Position numbers and translations under genes: made by a program. Positions 32,450 to 37,376 of a DNA stretch of 37,376 nt are shown here, piece by piece. Within the stretch, counting starts at the first letter, position 1. Each line of letters begins with the position of its first letter. The stretch is from a virus. The stretch is taken from IMG/VR virus record IMGVR_UViG_3300027632_000001, positions 1-37,376 of that record, one strand, 5' to 3'. The notes below the pieces were generated by a model. It ran no database searches and had not been told where the DNA came from. It was given only the letters and a program-made list of their open reading frames with translations.

Positions 32450-34342
32450 ATGAGACACACAATCAAAGATAAGGTGGTTCGGGTTTACGATCTCGAGACA
32501 TCGAGTGGCCAGTTTGATAAGCCCAACGCCGTGGACTTGATCGAGAAGATTCACTGTATAGTAGTAGATGACTTCCTGGCGGTGACGCCGGAGGAGCAGA
32601 AGGAAGCGGTGCGTCTGCTGAACGAAGCTGACGTGGTGGTTGCCCACAACGGGGCAGCCTTCGACTACCCAGTACTCAAGCGGTTCTTCCCTGAGTTCGC
32701 TCCGAAGGAGCAGCTTGACACGAGGATCATAAGCGAGGTGGTGTACGGAGGAGAGCTGCGCTTTAAAGATATCCATGCTTCGCGTAAGTACAACGGCGAC
32801 TGGATTGATCCCAAGCTGTACGGCCGCCACAGCCTGCAAGCGTGGGGCCAGCGTCTGGGAGTGAGCAAGCTTGACTACTCCGACAAGGCGAAGGCTGGTG
32901 AGTATGGGGAGGAGCTGAAGGAGGATCCGTTTGCTAGGTACATCCCTGAGATGGGGACCTACTGTATCGTTGACGTGGAAGTGACACGCGCTCTGCTGAA
33001 TCGCTTTGATAAGCTAGGCGCATTGGATACTCGTGCAGCTTGGGACGAGAGCCAACTGGCTATCCACTTGGCAGCCATGATGCGACGCGGGGTGGGCTTC
33101 GACGAGAAGGCAGCGCAGCGGTTACATGCTACGTTGGCGGGTCGGCTCGAGGAGCTACGCACTGAGATCGCCCCCTACTTCAAGTCATGGTACGAGCCTG
33201 ATGGTGCAACCGCAGCGAAGGCGCTGTTCACACCGAAGAAGGACAACGTCAAGCGTGGGTACACCGGAGGCGCAGAGCTGACGAAGGTACGGCGTGTGAC
33301 ACTGAACCCGGCATCTGATGCACAGCTTGCTGGTCAGTTGCAGAGGCAGTATGGCTGGAAGCCTGAGGTGTTCACCGAGAGAGGCCAACCTGTGGTCAGT
33401 GCTGAAGTATTACGCACGCTACCTTATGAGCCCATCAAGCTGCTAACTGAGTTCGCTGTCGTAGCCAAGCGGCTGTCGCAGCTGAGTGAAGGGAGGCACG
33501 GATGGTTGAAGGTTGCCAACGAAGGTAACATCTACGGGAAGATCAACTCTAATGGTACGCGGACAGGACGAGCCACGCACTATGGGCCTAATCTAGCGCA
33601 AGTCCCTGCGGTCGGAGCGCCTTATGGTAAGGCTTGCCGTCAGCTGTTTAAGCCACGACCTGGCTACGTACTGGTCGGCGCGGATAGCAGCGGCGTGGAG
33701 CTACGGATGTTGGCACACTACGCAGCCCGCATCGACGGCGGTGCACTGGGTCGCACTATATTACAGGGCGACGTGCATACCGAGAACCAGAAGGCTGCTG
33801 GACTCAAGACGCGAGGCGCAGCTAAGACCGTAGCTTACGCTATGCTCTACGGCGCAGGCGACGCCAAGTTAGGGGAGACCTATCTGGCTGATTTGGGTAA
33901 GCAAGGCAACGCTACTAAGGCAGGCAAGCTGGTACGGCGTGGGCTTGACAGCGTACTGAAGTCTGGTATACTGTCGAAGCAGTTAGTGGAAGCCCTGACC
34001 AAGCGTGGGTACATCAAAGCTATTGATGGGCGGAAGCTGCTGGGTGTGTCGAAGCGCGTTGCGCTGAACTCGCTGCTACAATCGGCCGGATCAGTCGCCA
34101 CGAAGGTAGCGATAAATATCATGCATCGGAAGTTTGAAGCTGCCGGGCTGGTTGAGGATCGAGACGTAGGCCTACTGCTATTCGTCCATGACGAGGTACA
34201 AGTGGAAGCTAAGCCTGAGCATGCTGAACTCGTGGCCAAGATAGCGGTCGAGTCCATCCGCGAGGCGGGCAAGGAGCTGGGCCTGAGGGTTCCCCTCGAT
34301 GGGGAAGCAAAGGTTGGTTCCTCTTGGGCTTCCACCCACTAA
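32450..34342 (+). CDS. Family A DNA polymerase with 3'-5' exonuclease, T7 gp5-like
   Basis: VYDLETS (ExoI), HNGAAFDYPVL, RTGRATHYGPNLAQVP, LLFVHDEVQVE. Confidence 0.93.
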   Translation: MRHTIKDKVVRVYDLETSSGQFDKPNAVDLIEKIHCIVVDDFLAVTPEEQKEAVRLLNEADVVVAHNGAAFDYPVLKRFFPEFAPKEQLDTRIISEVVYGGELRFKDIHASRKYNGDWIDPKLYGRHSLQAWGQRLGVSKLDYSDKAKAGEYGEELKEDPFARYIPEMGTYCIVDVEVTRALLNRFDKLGALDTRAAWDESQLAIHLAAMMRRGVGFDEKAAQRLHATLAGRLEELRTEIAPYFKSWYEPDGATAAKALFTPKKDNVKRGYTGGAELTKVRRVTLNPASDAQLAGQLQRQYGWKPEVFTERGQPVVSAEVLRTLPYEPIKLLTEFAVVAKRLSQLSEGRHGWLKVANEGNIYGKINSNGTRTGRATHYGPNLAQVPAVGAPYGKACRQLFKPRPGYVLVGADSSGVELRMLAHYAARIDGGALGRTILQGDVHTENQKAAGLKTRGAAKTVAYAMLYGAGDAKLGETYLADLGKQGNATKAGKLVRRGLDSVLKSGILSKQLVEALTKRGYIKAIDGRKLLGVSKRVALNSLLQSAGSVATKVAINIMHRKFEAAGLVEDRDVGLLLFVHDEVQVEAKPEHAELVAKIAVESIREAGKELGLRVPLDGEAKVGSSWASTH

Positions 34343-34348
34343 CTGATA

Positions 34349-34364
34349 GGGAGCTTCGGCTCCC
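34349..34364 (+). other. c(UUCG)g GC hairpin at gene junction
   Basis: GGGAGC-TTCG-GCTCCC. Confidence 0.6.
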
Positions 34365-34383
34365 TTACCTTTCGGAGATTGAA

Positions 34384-34932
34384 ATGAGTGATGAAACCAC
34401 GAAGACCTGCACCAAGTGCGGGAGTGAGAAACCAACGGAGGATTTCCCGAAGAACAGGGCAGGGGTAGCAGGGCGCTACAGCCTGTGCCGGGAGTGTAAG
34501 AACAGTGGAGCCCGCGCCCGGACAGTCAGTGGAGACACGAGGAGAACCAGAGAAATCCGCTGGGCTACCGACCCGCACCGAGAGCTAGCCGAGAGGATGC
34601 GTAGAGCCGCCGTCGCGAACTCCAAACGCCGCGGCCACGGGCCTCCCGAGTTCACAGCGAAGCAGCTTGCGGGCTACCTCCGGACCCACCCAGTCTGCCC
34701 AGCCACAGGCAAGAGGTTCGACCTCAGCTTCGAAGGCAACAGGTGGTTCCGCCCTAGCCTAGATAGGATCGACGGCGACAAGGGATATGTCAAAGGCAAC
34801 CTAGTTGTGGTGTGCTTTGACGTGAACAACCTACGGAGCCACCGCTCACCGAAGGAAGTTGCTAGCCTAGTAGCCGGTTCGAACATAGCCACCTACTACG
34901 CTAACATCGCCACAGCAGAACGCTTCATTTAA
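34384..34932 (+). CDS. HNH-family (His-Me finger) endonuclease-like protein, possible homing endonuclease
   Basis: N-terminal CTKCG...CRECKN zinc ribbon. PSLDRIDGDKGYVKGNLVVVCFDVNNLRS motif. ATG 34384 after GGAG. Confidence 0.6.
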   Translation: MSDETTKTCTKCGSEKPTEDFPKNRAGVAGRYSLCRECKNSGARARTVSGDTRRTREIRWATDPHRELAERMRRAAVANSKRRGHGPPEFTAKQLAGYLRTHPVCPATGKRFDLSFEGNRWFRPSLDRIDGDKGYVKGNLVVVCFDVNNLRSHRSPKEVASLVAGSNIATYYANIATAERFI

Positions 34933-34935
34933 CCC

Positions 34936-34964
34936 TTGACAACCCACACGGAAGTGGGTATCAT
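34936..34964 (+). promoter_or_regulatory. Sigma70-like promoter P12 (TTGACA-N17-TATCAT)
   Basis: Intergenic, 4 nt after the HNH stop. Confidence 0.65.
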
Positions 34965-35003
34965 TACTCCCGCATTGAGAACAACCCAACCAGGAGACTC
35001 ACC

Positions 35004-35192
35004 ATGTACGAAGAGATTAACGTTGACGGAGCCCAGGAGATCGTTGACCGCTGGAACAAAGCGAACCCCGGAAAGGCCGTCGCGAAAGTCCTCTACTACC
35101 CCATGAAGGCAGCCGCCATGTACGGCACAAGCCTTGACACCGCCGACATAGAGTACTATACTGACGGCCTCTTCGAACCCATCGCCAACTAA
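35004..35192 (+). CDS. Hypothetical protein (62 aa)
   Basis: ATG after CAGGAGAC. ORF-track ORF. Confidence 0.6.
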   Translation: MYEEINVDGAQEIVDRWNKANPGKAVAKVLYYPMKAAAMYGTSLDTADIEYYTDGLFEPIAN

Positions 35193-35203
35193 GAACACAC
35201 TCA

Positions 35204-35219
35204 GCCACAGGGACGTGGC
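35204..35219 (+). promoter_or_regulatory. GGA-loop hairpin GCCAC-AGGGAC-GTGGC
   Basis: 5-bp stem, hexaloop AGGGAC. Intergenic. Confidence 0.6.
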
Positions 35220-35233
35220 ATCAGGAGACACAC

Positions 35234-36013
35234 ATGCCTAAGAAAATAAGAACCGCACTTATCGATGCTGATGCGTACTGCTACGCGGCAGCCTTCAGCG
35301 CCGAGTCGAAGTACAACTTCGGTGGTGAAGACATTGTGGAGGTAGACGAGGACGCAGCTATCGCTAAGGCTGAGAGCCTAATCGCTGACTCCGTCGCTGA
35401 GGTGGAGGCAGATGAGCTTATCCTCTGCCTGAGTAGCCCACGATCTGATGTTGACCTTTGGCGCTTTGAGGTGCTGCCTTCTTATAAGAGTAACCGCAAA
35501 GCTAAGCCTAAGCCGGAGGCCTACCCCGCAGTCCGACGCCACCTAGAGGCCACTTATGACTGCTACATGGAACCTCGACTAGAAGCTGACGACATCATGA
35601 CTCTGCTCAGCTCCGACCCGACCATGATTCCCGGTATCAAAGTCGTGGTCTCGCAGGACAAAGACCTGCTGCAAACCATAGGCAGGTACTATAACCCGCG
35701 GACTCGCGAGAAGAGGATCATCAAGGCCGACGAGTCGAATCGCTGGCACATGATGCAGACCTTACAAGGCGACACCGTTGACGGATACAAAGGTATCCCC
35801 GGAATAGGCCCGAAGAAAGCTGAGAAGATCCTAGAGGATGTAGCCTGGGGCGACCGATGGGCAGCTGTGGTCGAAGCCTACGAATCCAAAGGCCTCACCG
35901 AGGAAGACGCGCTGGCTCAAGCCCGCGTAGCCTACATGATGCAGACTCCCAGCTACGACTGGACAACCAAAGAGGTAACCCTCTGGACACCTGACCTACA
36001 CCCGCCGAAATAA
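35234..36013 (+). CDS. 5'-3' exonuclease (FEN family), T7 gp6-like
   Basis: LIDADAYCY, SYKSNRK, EADDIM, SQDKDL, GDTVDGYKGIPGIGPKKAEKIL. Confidence 0.88.
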   Translation: MPKKIRTALIDADAYCYAAAFSAESKYNFGGEDIVEVDEDAAIAKAESLIADSVAEVEADELILCLSSPRSDVDLWRFEVLPSYKSNRKAKPKPEAYPAVRRHLEATYDCYMEPRLEADDIMTLLSSDPTMIPGIKVVVSQDKDLLQTIGRYYNPRTREKRIIKADESNRWHMMQTLQGDTVDGYKGIPGIGPKKAEKILEDVAWGDRWAAVVEAYESKGLTEEDALAQARVAYMMQTPSYDWTTKEVTLWTPDLHPPK

Positions 36014-36025
36014 ACCTCAAATAAA

Positions 36026-36047
36026 AGCTTGACAAGGACGTCGAGCT
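36026..36047 (+). promoter_or_regulatory. GGA-loop hairpin AAGCTTGAC-AAGGAC-GTCGAGCTT overlapping the P13 -35
   Basis: 8-bp stem (one G-U), hexaloop AAGGAC. Confidence 0.6.
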
Positions 36048-36057
36048 CAGATAAGAT
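36029..36057 (+). promoter_or_regulatory. Sigma70-like promoter P13 (TTGACA-N17-TAAGAT)
   Basis: AAATAAAAGC upstream. TTGAGCGAAC box 36067-36076. Confidence 0.65.
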
Positions 36058-36103
36058 AGACCCACATTGAGCGAACAACACAACAGAGAGAGAGACACAG
36101 ACC

Positions 36104-36343
36104 ATGAACAACCTTGAAGCCCAGATCGCCGCCATCACCGCCGAGAACTTCTCCCAGGAAGAACTCATCCAAGCCCTCGCTGCTAGCATGCAGGTCCGCA
36201 GCGAACTTGAGGATGGCCTCGAGATTGCCAACGGCCACATCGAAGCGCTGGCCACCACCGCAAACAACCTGAACGAGACCATCACTAACCTGCGGGCCAG
36301 CAATGACATCCTTCAGGGGATCGTAGCCGAGGTGCTCGCGTGA
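36104..36343 (+). CDS. Hypothetical coiled-coil protein (79 aa)
   Basis: ATG after a CA/GA-rich leader. ORF-track ORF. Confidence 0.6.
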   Translation: MNNLEAQIAAITAENFSQEELIQALAASMQVRSELEDGLEIANGHIEALATTANNLNETITNLRASNDILQGIVAEVLA

Positions 36344-36492
36344 ATCTAGAAGCCTACACACCAGTAGCTAAGGACGACGCCTACGTCGCTAAGCTAGAAG
36401 CAGAGAACCGGGAGCTTCGGGACCAGCTCGAACTCCTAGAGGAATCCAACCGCACCTACCAGGTTCAGTACTGGAAGTTGCTCAACAAATAA
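36340..36492 (+). CDS. Hypothetical coiled-coil protein (50 aa), GTG start coupled by GTGA overlap
   Basis: GTG 36340 overlaps the upstream TGA. ...AKLEAENRELRDQLELLEESN... Below the ORF-track cut-off. Confidence 0.4.
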   Translation: MNLEAYTPVAKDDAYVAKLEAENRELRDQLELLEESNRTYQVQYWKLLNK

Positions 36493-36505
36493 AATCAAAA
36501 ACTGC

Positions 36506-36534
36506 TTGACAAGGACGTCTCGCAGCAATACTAT
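36506..36534 (+). promoter_or_regulatory. Sigma70-like promoter P14 (TTGACA-N17-TACTAT)
   Basis: TTGACAAGGACGTC as in P3 and P13. A-rich upstream. Confidence 0.65.
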
Positions 36535-36575
36535 AGTCTCGAACTTAGACGAACCCCGCACACAGAGACACCCCG

Positions 36576-36785
36576 ATGAAACTTAAGACCATCATCACCA
36601 CCACCTACGAGCTAGCCTTCAACGGCCTGACCTCCTGGGTACTGAGCTACTACGTCATCTCCGGGATACTCGGCGCCGACCCTAGTGCTTACAAGAGTCT
36701 CGTAGTTTCAGTTTGTGTCACCCTATTCGCCTACTTCCGTCGTAAGATCTGGACGGCCACCATACTTAAGGAGTTGAAATCGTGA
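36576..36785 (+). CDS. Small membrane protein (69 aa)
   Basis: Two hydrophobic segments. ORF-track ORF. Confidence 0.6.
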   Translation: MKLKTIITTTYELAFNGLTSWVLSYYVISGILGADPSAYKSLVVSVCVTLFAYFRRKIWTATILKELKS

Positions 36786-37105
36786 ACGCCACCCGCCACA
36801 ACCAAGGCAAACCCCAACTCAGCATGGTCCTCGAAGCCCGCAAGGGCCTAGAGGCAGCGGCTCGGGCCCTCGAGTTTGGCCAACGCAAGTACGACAGGGC
36901 CAACTGGAAGAAGGGTCTCAAGACCACGCAGATACTGGACTCCCTGCTGAGGCACACCACTAAGCTGCTCGACCCGCAGAGCCCTGACGAGGACGACGAG
37001 TCCGGCCTGAACCACGTAGACCACATCGTGGCGAACGCGCTGTTCCTCGCTGAGTACGTTGGTACGGAGTTCGACGACCGGGCAAAGTTGGAGGCCCCCC
37101 TATAG
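36782..37105 (+). CDS. dATP/dGTP-pyrophosphohydrolase-like (MazG-related, DUF5664-type) protein
   Basis: GTG start after AAGGAG with GTGA overlap. KYDRANWKKGL...SLLRH...DDESGLNHVDHIVANALFL pattern, as I recall for this family. Confidence 0.5.
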   Translation: MNATRHNQGKPQLSMVLEARKGLEAAARALEFGQRKYDRANWKKGLKTTQILDSLLRHTTKLLDPQSPDEDDESGLNHVDHIVANALFLAEYVGTEFDDRAKLEAPL

Positions 37106-37107
37106 AC
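37086..37107 (+). promoter_or_regulatory. Phage RNAP promoter candidate phiC (AGTTGGAGGCCCCCCTATAGAC)
   Basis: 21/22 match to phiD. Its TATAG contains the TAG stop of the 36782 gene. Confidence 0.7.
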
Positions 37108-37123
37108 ACAGGAAGCCTCACCA

Positions 37124-37145
37124 AGTTGGAGGCCCTCCTATAGAC
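37124..37145 (+). promoter_or_regulatory. Phage RNAP promoter candidate phiD (AGTTGGAGGCCCTCCTATAGAC)
   Basis: In tandem, 38 bp after phiC. Last promoter before the structural genes. Confidence 0.7.
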
Positions 37146-37297
37146 AGGGGAAGCCCTGTACCTTTTTCTGAGAAGCAGGAGCCCAGCCCTTCCGCCAGTT
37201 GCGCGAGCAACGGTAACATCACTAGCGGCAACCCTCCTGCTTCTCCCCACTTTCTCATGTGTCTCTCCACTGTTGGGGCCTTCGGGCCCCTTTTTTT
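37143..37297 (+). ncRNA. Structured leader/candidate small RNA (about 155 nt) from phiD to the intrinsic terminator
   Basis: No plausible ORF. Hairpin ACAGGG-GAAG-CCCTGT plus T5 (37144-37167). 12-bp perfect long-range stem 37170-81 / 37234-45. GTTGC-GCGA-GCAAC (37198-37211). Terminator 37275-97. Confidence 0.45.
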
Positions 37298-37376
37298 CCC
37301 CAGGAGGGAATATGATACGGACAGCACAGCCCGAGCTCTACGCCGGGGACCACACTGAAGACCCTATACCTTTACA
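37250..37376. repeat. Terminal overlap, identical to 1-127
   Basis: Direct comparison of both ends. Confidence 0.95.
37275..37297 (+). terminator. Intrinsic terminator (same element as 26-48)
   Basis: GGGGCC-TTCG-GGCCCC plus T7. Confidence 0.8.

Noticed and set aside
37059-37358. 99-aa + strand ORF spanning the end of the window.
   Set aside because: It overlaps the 36782 gene out of frame. It then runs through both phage promoters, the structured leader and the terminator. Its composition is Pro/Ser/Gly-rich and atypical, and it has no RBS.
1-37376. Search for CRISPR arrays, integrase/repressor (lysogeny) genes, transposases, toxin-antitoxin pairs or known defence/anti-defence cassettes.
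   Set aside because: None was recognisable. The tandem repeats are short motif arrays rather than repeat-spacer units. No tyrosine or serine recombinase-like ORF is present.

Overview
The window is one complete, circularly closed T7-like podophage genome (Autographiviridae-type architecture). Bases 1-127 are identical to 37250-37376, so the unique length is about 37,249 bp. All convincing genes are on the + strand.

Gene order:
- Late/structural module (63-20452): portal, scaffold, major capsid, tail tubular A/B, internal virion proteins (gp13-16-like), two small fiber-tip paralogs, tail fiber, holin candidates, small and large terminase, SAR endolysin.
- 0.7-kb repeat-rich non-coding region (20453-21170), probably the physical genome end or origin.
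- About 17 tiny early genes (21171-24838).
- Second 0.4-kb non-coding region (24839-25237).
- Single-subunit RNA polymerase, then very acidic small proteins, gp2.5-like SSB, RusA, a 210-aa DNA ligase, primase-helicase, family-A DNA polymerase, HNH endonuclease, 5'-3' exonuclease and a dNTP-pyrophosphohydrolase-like gene.

Regulatory layer readable from the sequence:
- 15 sigma70-type promoters (mostly TTGACA-N17-TAnnnT) running through the early and the replication modules.
- Only four copies of a 22-bp phage-RNAP promoter (AGTTGGAGGCCCTCCTATAGAC).
- Several intrinsic terminators and c(UUCG)g hairpins.

Most interesting non-coding signals:
1. At least 9 stem-loops with covarying stems and a fixed CA[A/G]GGA[T/C]G hexaloop, which is the textbook CsrA/RsmA binding hairpin. 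Some are fused to promoter -35 boxes.
2. A 37-nt tRNA-like acceptor/T-arm minihelix with an encoded ACCA end, between the small and large terminase genes.
3. A structured RNA of about 155 nt between tandem phage promoters and a strong terminator, ahead of the late operon.
4. A 40-bp GC-rich element present four times in both orientations, with a compensatory hairpin change.

No tRNA gene, CRISPR array, integrase or lysogeny module was seen. The host is not identifiable from the sequence. Gene starts are inferred by eye from RBS context and carry uncertainty.
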